DNA from: Candidatus Fraserbacteria bacterium
Lineage (GTDB): Bacteria; Bipolaricaulota; Bipolaricaulia; RBG-16-55-9
NCBI GenBank assembly: GCA_037442925.1
Contig: JBBIPG010000015.1
Location: 1-44,292 of the forward strand
DNA length: 44,292 bases
Reading direction: 5' to 3'
In this document: positions 28,166 through 36,954 of the stretch, piece by piece
Numbering within the stretch: the first letter of the stretch is position 1
Layout of the letters: each line of letters opens with the position of its first letter
Notes under the pieces: model-generated
Seen by the model: the letters and a program-made list of their open reading frames with translations, nothing else
Told to the model about the DNA's origin: nothing
Databases searched by the model: none
Translations under genes and position numbers: made by a program

Positions 28166-28864
28166 TCACGGCTCTCGTATCACTTCCCCTGCGAAGCGCA
28201 AGTCCAGCGTGCGCCACCGGGAATCTCCTAAGGAAGAGATCACGGCATCCAGCCGAGAAAGATAGGACTTCAAACCTCCCAGAGGGAGGAGCGCTCGCCA
28301 TCCATTTCGCGCGCGAAGTTCCAGATCATACCCGCGAAACCGCACCTCCGTAAACCGGCTGAGAGTGCGCCCGTCGAGCGAGAAAAACTCATCGATCACC
28401 TGGCGCATCTTCTCTGTGGCAATCCGTTCCCCCAGGGGTGTCGAGAGGACGTCAACTCCCGTCACCACAGGAAGATAGAGTCTTCCCTCTACTGAACTCA
28501 AGAGATATCCTTCTCGGTCCACCCAGAAGAGGCCACGTCCTGCCAGAGATACGACGCCGTGGGGCTCGCGCTCTGCCACGCGAATGCGTACTGCTACGCG
28601 ACGGGGAGCGCGCGGCTCGACTTCGAAATCGACACGGCGAATTTGAGAGAGGCGCGAGAGGGCTTGAAGGGCATCCTTTTGAACAGAAGAATTCCACACC
28701 TGACCCACGTAAAGGCCGCTGCTCACACGGATCTGTGAGGTGCCCATCCTCTCACCACCTTGCACCGTGATCTCATCGATCACTGGCGATCTTCCTCTGA
28801 GGAGCATTCCCCCCAAGAGGACGAACCCTCCGAGGCAGACCACCAGGAGCAATCCCCTTCTCAC
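28166..28864 (-). CDS. ftsQ: Cell division protein FtsQ/DivIB
   Basis: N-terminal TM, POTRA-like segment, IRVAEREP, VDREG, C-terminal LDLRF; lies between murB and ftsA. Confidence 0.85.
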   Translation of the reverse strand: MRRGLLLVVCLGGFVLLGGMLLRGRSPVIDEITVQGGERMGTSQIRVSSGLYVGQVWNSSVQKDALQALSRLSQIRRVDFEVEPRAPRRVAVRIRVAEREPHGVVSLAGRGLFWVDREGYLLSSVEGRLYLPVVTGVDVLSTPLGERIATEKMRQVIDEFFSLDGRTLSRFTEVRFRGYDLELRARNGWRALLPLGGLKSYLSRLDAVISSLGDSRWRTLDLRFAGEVIREP

Positions 28865-29787
28865 CGGAGGTTTTGGTTGGAGACGACCGCTAACTCCAAT
28901 CGGAGCTCCACCTGGAATTCTTTATACACCTTCTCTCGCACGATGTCAATAACATGAAGAATATCCCCTGCGGTTGCCCCCCCACAGTTGACGATGAAAT
29001 TCGCATGGACTGGCGAAATCATGGCGCCACCACAGCACAGTCCCTTCAGGCCGGCCTGCTCAATGAGCTGCCCTGCTGTGAAGGACCCTCCGGGATTTCG
29101 AAAGACGCATCCGGCGCTGGGCCACCGCAAGGGCTGGCGTTCCCGACGACGTAGGAGCAGGGCTGCAGAATCGAATCGCCGAGGGCTCCCCAACTGAAAC
29201 TCACCCAGAAGAATCGCCCAGGGTCGGCGGCGAAACACGCTCGTGCGATAGCCGAACTCGCACTCCTCACGTGAGAGCGTCAGAAGTGAACCTTCGTTCG
29301 TGAGCACGCCGACAGAGACGACATAATCTGATATGGTCACCTCAGGAATCCCTGCATTCATGGCCAACGCTCCACCGATCGTCCCGGGGATGCCCACCAG
29401 GCCATCGAAATCGTAGAAGCCATGGGCACGCACAAATCCCATGGTCACCCCCAGACCGGCCCCCGCTTGTACGTATAAGCGATCCCCTTCCATTCGCTTG
29501 GCACTGAAGTTCCGCCCCAAGTGGATCACCAACCCGCGATACCCTTCATCCGGGAAGAGCAGATTCGTTCCATTGCCCAACACGATCCAAGGCAACCTAC
29601 AGTCACGGGCCATCGCCAAAAGCTCTTCGATTTCGGCCAGGGTGCGGGGTCTGGCGAAGTAATCAGCAGGGCCACCAATGCCCAACGATGTGTGACGCGC
29701 CAAAGGCTCATCGCGCCAGATGAGCTGTTGTACCAGCCCTGTTCGCGTTGTGGGGCGTGCTATCTCATGAACAGCAAGGGTAGTCAT
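28861..29787 (-). CDS. murB: UDP-N-acetylenolpyruvoylglucosamine reductase
   Basis: LARHTSLGIGGPA, LGNGTNLL, GIPGTIGGALAMNAG, FGYRTS, SAGCVFRNP, HANFIVN. Start ATG 29787 with GGGAGGG RBS. Confidence 0.95.
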   Translation of the reverse strand: MTTLAVHEIARPTTRTGLVQQLIWRDEPLARHTSLGIGGPADYFARPRTLAEIEELLAMARDCRLPWIVLGNGTNLLFPDEGYRGLVIHLGRNFSAKRMEGDRLYVQAGAGLGVTMGFVRAHGFYDFDGLVGIPGTIGGALAMNAGIPEVTISDYVVSVGVLTNEGSLLTLSREECEFGYRTSVFRRRPWAILLGEFQLGSPRRFDSAALLLRRRERQPLRWPSAGCVFRNPGGSFTAGQLIEQAGLKGLCCGGAMISPVHANFIVNCGGATAGDILHVIDIVREKVYKEFQVELRLELAVVSNQNLR

Positions 29788-29794
29788 CCCTCCC

Positions 29795-31150
29795 TCACGA
29801 TCTCCTCTTGACCCAGTGGTGGAGAATCTGCCAGATGTCCCCCGCTCCGAAACCGATGATGAAATCCCCAGGCGATGTCTGTTGATCCAAGAACGCATGG
29901 ATCTCTTCCGGATTGCTCAAATACTGGACACGATCGCTCCCTTTCTCCATGGCTTCCACGACCGATTGGGCATTGACACCCGGAATCGGAACTTCAAAAG
30001 CGGGATAGATATCTGTCACGACCACGAGATCTGCCAGCTGAAGGGTTCGTGCGAAACGCTCATTCATGTAGCGTAGGCGGGAGTAGCGATGGGGCTGAAA
30101 GAGCGCAATCACCCGCTTGGGTTTCCAACCGACGCGCACCGCCGCGAGATTCACTTCTATCTGCTCTGGGAGATGGGCGTAATCATCCACGACCACCACA
30201 CCGTTCTCTTCGAGCACTTGGAAACGACGCTCGGGAAGGCGGAACCCCTTGAGAATCTTGAGCATCTCTTTGAACTCCAGGCCCACGCGGTGTCCTGCAA
30301 GCATGGCTGCCAGAGCGTTGGCCACGTTGTGACGACCCGGAGCGGCAGAAAGTTCAAGGTCACCGACGCGATCTCCACGGAAGATCAGATCCGCCCGCGT
30401 GCTCATGCGATGCTGCTCGATGCGGCAGGCGCTGAGGTCCGCCGGTTTCTCCATCCCGAAGGTGAGCGCCTCACGCGCATAGGGTCTCAGAGTGGAAGTA
30501 GATGCGTCGTCGGCGGATAAGATCGCTGTTCGGCTTTGGGAGACGAACTGGGCAAATCCTCCCAGCAACGCCTCCTCGCTGCCGTAATAATTCAAATGGT
30601 CACAGCCTACATTGGTGACCACGGCAATCTGCGAGTGGAGTCGAGTGAAGTAGCCATCGCTCTCATCCACCTCCGCCACCAGCCAAGGATCTCTTCCCCA
30701 ATGAGCGTGGAACCCCAACGTCGGAGTGGGTGCGCCCACCAAGAAGGTCGGATCTTGTGCGCTCTCCCGCAGCAACGAAGCCATCATGGCGCTGGTGGTG
30801 GTCTTGCCGTGAGTGCCTGCTATGGCGATGGATCGGTGCGCGTTACATAGCTGTGCCAGCAGTTCTTGTCGGTGCAAGACCGTGCAACCACTCTTTCGCG
30901 CGACTTGAAGCTCCACATTGTCAGGTCGAATGGCCGAGGAGTAGACCACCGCGTCCGGCGAACGCAGATGGGAGCGGTGATGTCCACGGTGGACGGCGAT
31001 GCCCGCAGCCCGCAGCTGCTGAGTCCGTGCGGTATCTCTAAGATCCGATCCGCTGACGAGATGGCCTTGTTCATGGAGCACCCATGCCAGGGCGCTCATC
31101 CCATCTCCGCCGATCCCGATGAAGTGATATGATCCGCGAGCGCTTTCCAT
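29795..31150 (-). CDS. murC: UDP-MurNAc--L-alanine ligase
   Basis: HFIGIGGDGMS, GSD, AGTHGKTTT, EVDESDG, DDYAH, FQPHRYSR, GAGDI. Confidence 0.96.
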   Translation of the reverse strand: MESARGSYHFIGIGGDGMSALAWVLHEQGHLVSGSDLRDTARTQQLRAAGIAVHRGHHRSHLRSPDAVVYSSAIRPDNVELQVARKSGCTVLHRQELLAQLCNAHRSIAIAGTHGKTTTSAMMASLLRESAQDPTFLVGAPTPTLGFHAHWGRDPWLVAEVDESDGYFTRLHSQIAVVTNVGCDHLNYYGSEEALLGGFAQFVSQSRTAILSADDASTSTLRPYAREALTFGMEKPADLSACRIEQHRMSTRADLIFRGDRVGDLELSAAPGRHNVANALAAMLAGHRVGLEFKEMLKILKGFRLPERRFQVLEENGVVVVDDYAHLPEQIEVNLAAVRVGWKPKRVIALFQPHRYSRLRYMNERFARTLQLADLVVVTDIYPAFEVPIPGVNAQSVVEAMEKGSDRVQYLSNPEEIHAFLDQQTSPGDFIIGFGAGDIWQILHHWVKRRS

Positions 31151-32264
31151 AATCGAGATACGATTTGACCTCCCTCATCACATGGTTGAGTGCGTTGGTT
31201 CTAGCCAGCTGAGCGCTGCGAAGCGCGATGGAACGCACGTGCTCAGGATCTCGAAGCAGATTCAGGATTTCGTCAACGAGTGGGATGTCTTGGAGTTGCT
31301 GCTCGAGAAGCAGATGACAAGCTCCCTGCTCGGCCAGCCAGCGGGCGTTTCGCTCTTGATGCCCTTCGGCCGCACCCGGCCAAGGGATTACGATCGCCGG
31401 CTTTCCCAATGCCGTAAGCTCAGCCAGCGTCGTGCCCCCGGCTCGGCAGACGATGAGATCCGCTGCCTTCATCAGGGCACCGACCTCACACGTGTGTTCG
31501 AGGATGAGCATTCCGGACCTCGCCTTGCCTTTACCACGGCTTCGCACTTGAGCACGCAGTCGGGGCGCGTCTTCTCCGGCAAGGATCACAAGTTGCACCC
31601 CATGCGTGCGCAGACGTTCGTGCCCGCTGACGAACTGCTCGTGCAACGCCCGAGCGCCGTGGGAGCCTCCCATAACCAGCACCACCGGCTGTGTGGGATC
31701 AAGCTGGAACAAGCGCTTGGCCTCATGTTGTTCGAGATGATCTCGGGCGAACAGGATCGATGAGCGAAGGGGCACCCCCGTGGTCACGATGCGCTTCGCC
31801 CGGAGGTAACGAGCCGTGTCTGGATACGTCAGCATGACACAGTTCACCCAAGGGGCCATCAGTCGATTGACCAGACCGGGGATGACGTTCTGCTCATGAA
31901 TCAACGTGGGGATGCGCAGCAGCGTGCCCCAGAAAAGCGGCGCGAAGGAAGCATATCCTCCTGTGCCCAGAATCAACTGCGGTCGAAATCCACTGATAAT
32001 GCGCAGGGTCTGCACTAATCCTAAGCCATTCTGCCAAAGCACGGACCCCGTTTGCTTCGAGAGGCGACGCTCAACCCCTCGGGCTTGAATCTTAAAGAAC
32101 TCCACTCCAGGACAACGGGGCACCACCCGCGCTTCTAAACCGCGTTCGGTCCCGAGATAGCCGATCCGAAGATCGTCGCCATAGCGTTGACGCAGTCCCT
32201 CGATGAGAGCGAGAGCGGGATAGAGATGACCGCCCGTCCCCCCACCGGCGAGTAGAATAGTCAA
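31071..32264 (-). CDS. murG: Lipid II GlcNAc transferase
   Basis: AGGGTGGHLYP, GTGGYAS, HEQN, GGSHGA, RAGGTT, HQERNA. Likely start is TTG 32264 after GGAGG; alternative ATG 32303. Confidence 0.95.
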   Translation of the reverse strand: MTILLAGGGTGGHLYPALALIEGLRQRYGDDLRIGYLGTERGLEARVVPRCPGVEFFKIQARGVERRLSKQTGSVLWQNGLGLVQTLRIISGFRPQLILGTGGYASFAPLFWGTLLRIPTLIHEQNVIPGLVNRLMAPWVNCVMLTYPDTARYLRAKRIVTTGVPLRSSILFARDHLEQHEAKRLFQLDPTQPVVLVMGGSHGARALHEQFVSGHERLRTHGVQLVILAGEDAPRLRAQVRSRGKGKARSGMLILEHTCEVGALMKAADLIVCRAGGTTLAELTALGKPAIVIPWPGAAEGHQERNARWLAEQGACHLLLEQQLQDIPLVDEILNLLRDPEHVRSIALRSAQLARTNALNHVMREVKSYLDYGKRSRIISLHRDRRRWDERPGMGAP

Positions 32265-33429
32265 ATATTCCTCCCTCCCTTTCCGTGAAGGCCGCTGCTG
32301 CATGTCGTGAGATATTGAGCAAGATTCCGACCATGGCCAGTGAGATGATGAGCGACGAGCCGCCGTAGCTCACGAATGGCAGTGTGAGCCCTGTGACCGG
32401 CAGTGCTCCCACCGTCACCCCAAAGTGTATGGCCGCTTGGAAGGCCAGCGTGAATGTGATTCCCGAAGCGAGCAGAAACCCGAAGCGATCGGGAGCGCGA
32501 AACGCGATCTCGAAGCCCCGCCACGCCAAGAACGCAAAGAGCCCCAAAACCAGCATGGCTCCAATCAACCCCAACTCCTCTCCGATCACCGACAGAATGA
32601 AATCGTTATAGGCAGAAGGCAGATAGAGCCACTTCTCCCGCCCGGCTCCGAGCCCGCGACCGAAGAGCCCTCCCGATCCCAGTGCCGTCAGCGATTGGAG
32701 TAGGTGGTAGCCCGATCCGCTGGGATCCGCGAAGGGGTTTAGGAATGCGAAGAGTCGCACCCGGCGGTACGGCGCGAGCATCAGCAAGATGGCAACTACC
32801 GGCAGCCCCGCCAGTAAGGGAGCCACCACATGGAGCAACCGGGCGCCCGCCATGAACAGCAGAAAGACGACAATAGCACCATAGATGACCACGAGTGCGA
32901 AATCCGGCTGCGCCAGGGCGATGAGGGCCAGCAAGCCAAAGAGAGTGAGGAAGGGCAAGACGCCCGTCGAGAATTCCTCCAGTTCTCCTGCTGCTTGTTT
33001 TCTTACTAACGCCGCGGCCATATAGATGATGAAGGCCAGCTTCGTGAACTCCGTAGGCTGAACGGAGATCGGCCCGAGACGCAGCCACAATCCATCCGGA
33101 GCGAGCGCCGGCACGAACGTTAGCAGGGTCAACCCCAAGGCGACAAGCAGAAGAATCCCATCGCACGCAAAGAGCTTTCGGTAATCAACCCGCATAAGTA
33201 GAACGAGCAATGTGAACCCAATGACAGTCGCGATCAGTTGCTTGATGAACAAGTATTCTGGGTGCTGATAGCTTTCATATGAGAGAGGTGCGCTGGCCGA
33301 AGCGACCATCACCAACCCAAAGAGCGCCAGGGCAACTGCAACGATCATGAGCGGGAAATCGGGCGACCCAAGGGCTCCATCACCCCACGGTAGTCTCCTC
33401 ACAGAGCCGATGTGGTTCACTTCTTTCAT
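32092..33429 (-). CDS. ftsW: SEDS peptidoglycan glycosyltransferase FtsW
   Basis: Multi-pass membrane protein; QPTEFTK, QPDF, GSGGLFG, NDFILSVIGEELG, TGLTLPFVSYGGSS. Confidence 0.94.
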   Translation of the reverse strand: MKEVNHIGSVRRLPWGDGALGSPDFPLMIVAVALALFGLVMVASASAPLSYESYQHPEYLFIKQLIATVIGFTLLVLLMRVDYRKLFACDGILLLVALGLTLLTFVPALAPDGLWLRLGPISVQPTEFTKLAFIIYMAAALVRKQAAGELEEFSTGVLPFLTLFGLLALIALAQPDFALVVIYGAIVVFLLFMAGARLLHVVAPLLAGLPVVAILLMLAPYRRVRLFAFLNPFADPSGSGYHLLQSLTALGSGGLFGRGLGAGREKWLYLPSAYNDFILSVIGEELGLIGAMLVLGLFAFLAWRGFEIAFRAPDRFGFLLASGITFTLAFQAAIHFGVTVGALPVTGLTLPFVSYGGSSLIISLAMVGILLNISRHAAAAFTEREGGIFDYSTRRWGDGRSSLSRSRSHRGTASTLWRRSSDRLSRDRTRFRSAGGAPLSWSGVL

Positions 33430-33567
33430 TCAGAGATACGCCCCCCTCAAGACGATAGCTCCCTACGCGCGTGGCAGACGGCTCAGCAGAGCGAGCGCAG
33501 ACAACAACAGGCGGCAATTGGCGTAGATAGTTGTAGCGCGTGGTGCCGAGGGCCCGAAGGACCCCTG

Positions 33568-34887
33568 CTAAGATGCTGTTGCCAGTTGATCACTTGGTGG
33601 AGTGATGGCTGTCTTAAGGAGGTACGAGCGCACAACTCTCTTGAAATGCTCACCGCGCTCCTCGTAGTTTTTGAACTCATCGAAGCTGGGGGAGGCAGGG
33701 GAGAAGAGACAGATGCTCGGGCCGGATCGAATGACTTCCTCAATCGCACCCTGCAAGTCCTGAACGAGCTGGAAACGTCGATAGCCCAGTGTTTGCAGCA
33801 TGTGCGCCCAGCGCCGGCGCGTCTGTCCCATGAGCAGAACGGCATGGATTTCTCGATTCTGAATCATCTGTGCCAGTTCTCTTATGTCGTCACCCGCATC
33901 GTACCCACCCAATATGAGAACCAAGGGCTCCTCGAACGTCGAGAGTGCCGCGATGGTCGCGGCCGGACTGGTAGCCTTCGAATCGTTATAGAATCGAACC
34001 CCACTCACCTCCGCCACGAACTCCAGACGATGTGGCAATTGCAGGGCTCTCGTAAGATCCAGGCGTTCGTGATGGATCTGGGGATCGATCAAGCGTGCTG
34101 CTCGCAGTGCCGCCGCCAAGTTCTCCCGCTGATGAGCCGGAAGCGGTACGCCAAGAGGTTCCAGCTCTTCCGCGCAGAACTTCCATACGCGAGAGCGAAT
34201 CGTAGAAGGAAGTGCGATGTCACGGTGCACGACAGCATGATCCTCTTCGGTCTGCCGAGCGAAGAGTCGGCACTTCATGGCAAAATAGCGTTCCAGGCTT
34301 CCATGACGATCCAGGTGATGTGGCGCGAAGCGCGTAAAAACACCGATGTGAGGTCGAAAGGTGTCCACATGCTCCAGTTGATAGCTGCTCACTTCAAGGA
34401 CCACCACCGTTTCGCTGTCGATCTCATGTAGACGAGCAATCAGAGGCTGTCCGATGTTCCCGGCGACGACCAGCGGGTAATCGTGAGCCTTGAGCAACTC
34501 CGCCGTGAGATGAGTCGTGGTGGTCTTCCCCACGGTACCCGTGACCGCGATGATCCGTTTGCTCCGGCAGAAACGATATGCCAACTCCAGCTCGCCCAGG
34601 ATGGGAATGCGTCTCACACGAGCCTCTCTGAGCACAGGGGCCGCATAGGGTATGCCCGGTGAAGGGATGACGAGCTCCGCTTGAAGCGCGCTTTGCGTGT
34701 GACCGCCTTCTTCATAACGGACTCCAAGCTGAGAGAGCTCCCGTTTGAGGGCAAGAGATATCTGGGCCTGATCACTGAGGAAGACCTGAGCATGATGCTG
34801 GACGAGAAAGCGAGCAGTAGCCTGGCCGGTGCGACCTGCTCCCAGTACAGTGACGTGCTTCCCGGCTAGTGAGAGATCTTTAGGCAT
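33568..34887 (-). CDS. murD: UDP-MurNAc-Ala--D-glutamate ligase
   Basis: VLGAGRTG, SPGIP, AVTGTVGKTTT, GNIG, LEVSSYQL, HLDRH, PHRLE, NDSKAT, SPASPSFDEF. Confidence 0.96.
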   Translation of the reverse strand: MPKDLSLAGKHVTVLGAGRTGQATARFLVQHHAQVFLSDQAQISLALKRELSQLGVRYEEGGHTQSALQAELVIPSPGIPYAAPVLREARVRRIPILGELELAYRFCRSKRIIAVTGTVGKTTTTHLTAELLKAHDYPLVVAGNIGQPLIARLHEIDSETVVVLEVSSYQLEHVDTFRPHIGVFTRFAPHHLDRHGSLERYFAMKCRLFARQTEEDHAVVHRDIALPSTIRSRVWKFCAEELEPLGVPLPAHQRENLAAALRAARLIDPQIHHERLDLTRALQLPHRLEFVAEVSGVRFYNDSKATSPAATIAALSTFEEPLVLILGGYDAGDDIRELAQMIQNREIHAVLLMGQTRRRWAHMLQTLGYRRFQLVQDLQGAIEEVIRSGPSICLFSPASPSFDEFKNYEERGEHFKRVVRSYLLKTAITPPSDQLATAS

Positions 34888-34973
34888 TGTATGGGAATGC
34901 TAGGATGGGAGCAGATCTCCTACCAAGGACAGGCGTCTTGTTATGAGGCCGCGTGAAGCACAACAAGGCGCCG

Positions 34974-35011
34974 AAAAAGAAAAGGTCACTGCCATTCGAC
35001 AGTGACCTTTT
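34974..35011 (-). terminator. Rho-independent terminator (possibly bidirectional) after the Lys/Gly micro-ORF
   Basis: On the minus strand: AAAAGGTCACTGTC-GAAT-GGCAGTGACC followed by the T-rich tail TTTTCTTTTT. Confidence 0.85.
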
Positions 35012-35038
35012 CCACTCTTCTGAGACACTCAGAGGGAA

Positions 35039-35083
35039 TTACTTGCCTTTCTTGCCGCCCTTCTTCTTGCCACCCTTCTTCAC
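35039..35083 (-). CDS. Putative Lys/Gly micro-peptide MKKGGKKKGGKKGK (14 aa; 28 aa if started at ATG 35125)
   Basis: GTG start with a GGGGTG RBS-like motif about 5 nt upstream. Synonymous codon variation within the repeat. Perfect TATAAT upstream and a terminator downstream. Confidence 0.6.
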   Translation of the reverse strand: MKKGGKKKGGKKGK

Positions 35084-35143
35084 CTGCTTCACCCCCTTTT
35101 CAGGAAACAAAGGGAACTGTTTCATCTTTCCCTCAAAATAATT

Positions 35144-35170
35144 ATTATAGTGTATTGGCCCTGTTGTGAA
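35144..35170 (-). promoter_or_regulatory. Putative promoter for the micro-ORF
   Basis: TATAAT at 35144-35149 (minus) in an AT-rich patch. TTCACA lies 15 nt upstream, a non-optimal spacing. Confidence 0.5.
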
Positions 35171-35277
35171 TAGTGTGCGCATTACATTCTCAGTCGCATC
35201 GCCTTTCGTGGGGAAGCTCTTTGAATCTGTCCCGGACGCTCCCGTAATATCGCTGGCAAGAGGAAAGGAGATTGCGC

Positions 35278-35874
35278 ATGTTCCCATCACGAAACGTGGC
35301 CATTCTCATCTTCGACGAAGTGGAGGTCCTCGATTTCACTGGCCCCTTTGAAGTGTTTTCTGTCACGGGCAGACGTCAGGCCTTGGAACCGTTTCACGTC
35401 TATACCGTGGCGCAACAGCCTCAGCCAGTCATGGCTCGCAATCACTTGAGTGTGAATCCACGATACACGATTCTCGATTGCCCAAAGCCTGATATTGTGC
35501 TCATCCCCGGAGGCTACGGCACGCGCCGGGAGATGAACAACCAGACCCTCATCGATTGGATCAAAGCTCGCGCGCGCGAGGCGGAACTCACTCTTTCGGT
35601 CTGCACCGGTGCTCTTCTCTTGGCCAAAGCAGGCTTGCTCGACGGCCTGGGAGCGACAACTCATTTCGGGGCCATCGATCTTTTGCAGGAGCTGGCTCCC
35701 AACACGACCATTCATCGTGGCCAGCGATTCGTGGACAACGGGAAGATCATCGTATCAGCGGGTGTGTCGGCCGGGATCGATATGTCGCTCTATGTCGTAG
35801 CAAAGCTGATGGGCAAAGCCCAAGCTCTCGAGACGGCTCACTACATGGAATACGATTGGACGCCTGAGCCATGA
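35278..35874 (+). CDS. DJ-1/PfpI family protein (InhA/ThiJ-like)
   Basis: FDEVEVLDFTGPFEVF, IPGG, SVCTGALLLA, ATTH, SAGVSAGID. Confidence 0.92.
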   Translation: MFPSRNVAILIFDEVEVLDFTGPFEVFSVTGRRQALEPFHVYTVAQQPQPVMARNHLSVNPRYTILDCPKPDIVLIPGGYGTRREMNNQTLIDWIKARAREAELTLSVCTGALLLAKAGLLDGLGATTHFGAIDLLQELAPNTTIHRGQRFVDNGKIIVSAGVSAGIDMSLYVVAKLMGKAQALETAHYMEYDWTPEP

Positions 35875-36761
35875 GCCAAGGTGAGCGAGCCGCGCGCACA
35901 GGGTTAGTCGCTCTGCTTGTGGGGGCTGTGGGCATCGCCTTTGCCCCCATCTTCGTCCGTCTGAGCGAACTCGGCCCCAGCGCCACGGCCTTCCACCGCC
36001 TCTTCTTCGCCGTGCTGCCGTTGTGGCTGTGGATGCAGCTCGAAGCTCGTGGCCCTGCACCTCCAAGCCGTCCTTCGAGCACCCGTGACGTGCTTGGGCT
36101 GGTGGTTGCGGGGCTCTTCTTTGCCGGAGATCTTGCCGTGTGGCATTGGTCTCTTCGCTTCACGTCCGTGGCCAACGCAACGCTCTTTGCCAACTTCGCC
36201 CCGATCTTCGTCACCATCGGCGCTTGGCTGTTCTTACGAGAGCGTATCACGGTGACGTTTGTCGTAGGTCTTGTTCTGGCTCTATTGGGTGCCTCTCTCA
36301 TGATCGGCGTGAGTTTCGGTTTCGGACCCCAGCACGTACTGGGCGATGGCCTGGGGCTTCTCACGGCCGTCTTCTATGCCGGGTATATTCTGAGCGTGAA
36401 GCATCTGAGGGCCATCTTCAGTACGGCAACGATCATGACCTGGAGCGGCTTCGTCACTTGTATTGCTCTACTTCCTATTGCTCTACTCTCCGGCGAGGGC
36501 TTGATCGCATCCAGCCTCTACGGTTGGGCTGTGCTGGTGGCTCTGGCGTGGATCTCGCACGTGGGGGGGCAAGGTCTCATCGCCTATGGGCTTGCTCATC
36601 TGCCGGCTTCGTTCGCCTCGGTCACGCTGCTCCTGCAACCCGCAACGGCGGCTGTGCTGGCTTGGATCATTCTCGATGAACCGCTCGGCTCACTGCAAGC
36701 CACTGGTGGAATGCTCGTTCTTCTGGGGATTCTCTTGGCGCGACGAGCCGTAGTCTCTTGA
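35871..36761 (+). CDS. EamA/DMT family transporter
   Basis: About 10 TM segments in two repeats; TSVANAT, APIFV, LRER, GD.L, LLQP, LDE. Confidence 0.92.
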   Translation: MSQGERAARTGLVALLVGAVGIAFAPIFVRLSELGPSATAFHRLFFAVLPLWLWMQLEARGPAPPSRPSSTRDVLGLVVAGLFFAGDLAVWHWSLRFTSVANATLFANFAPIFVTIGAWLFLRERITVTFVVGLVLALLGASLMIGVSFGFGPQHVLGDGLGLLTAVFYAGYILSVKHLRAIFSTATIMTWSGFVTCIALLPIALLSGEGLIASSLYGWAVLVALAWISHVGGQGLIAYGLAHLPASFASVTLLLQPATAAVLAWIILDEPLGSLQATGGMLVLLGILLARRAVVS

Positions 36762-36793
36762 CAAATCGTGGAAGAATATGTTAGTACAAATTT

Positions 36794-36874
36794 ACACCCG
36801 AAAGGGCAAACCCTTCGCGAGGAGGGGACGCAAAGCCATGGATCTCACGAAGACCACCAGGCTGCCGAAGGTGA
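36794..36874 (+). ncRNA. Cyclic di-GMP-I (GEMM-I) riboswitch aptamer
   Basis: AAAGGGCAAACC-CTTC-GCGA-GGAG-GGGACGCAAAGCC...GGCTGCCGAA matches the GEMM-I core (GGCAAACC...GNRA loop...GGGACGCAAAGC...GCYRCC). The P1-like pair CACC/GGTG closes it. Confidence 0.92.
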
Positions 36875-36954
36875 AGGCTCACAATAGCTTCTTTCTGTTT
36901 CGCCATTCTTACTTGCTCGCCAACTTGCCCTTTCAGGAAACTCTTCAATGGGGG

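Noticed and set aside
35126..35290. Full 83-aa version of the minus-strand ORF 35039-35290
   Set aside because: It overlaps the DJ-1 start and RBS and runs through the TATAAT box. Only the distal 14-28 codons have expression signals.
36778..36954. 5' extension of the lipoprotein ORF
   Set aside because: It overlaps the riboswitch aptamer and would put the lipobox about 88 residues from the N-terminus.
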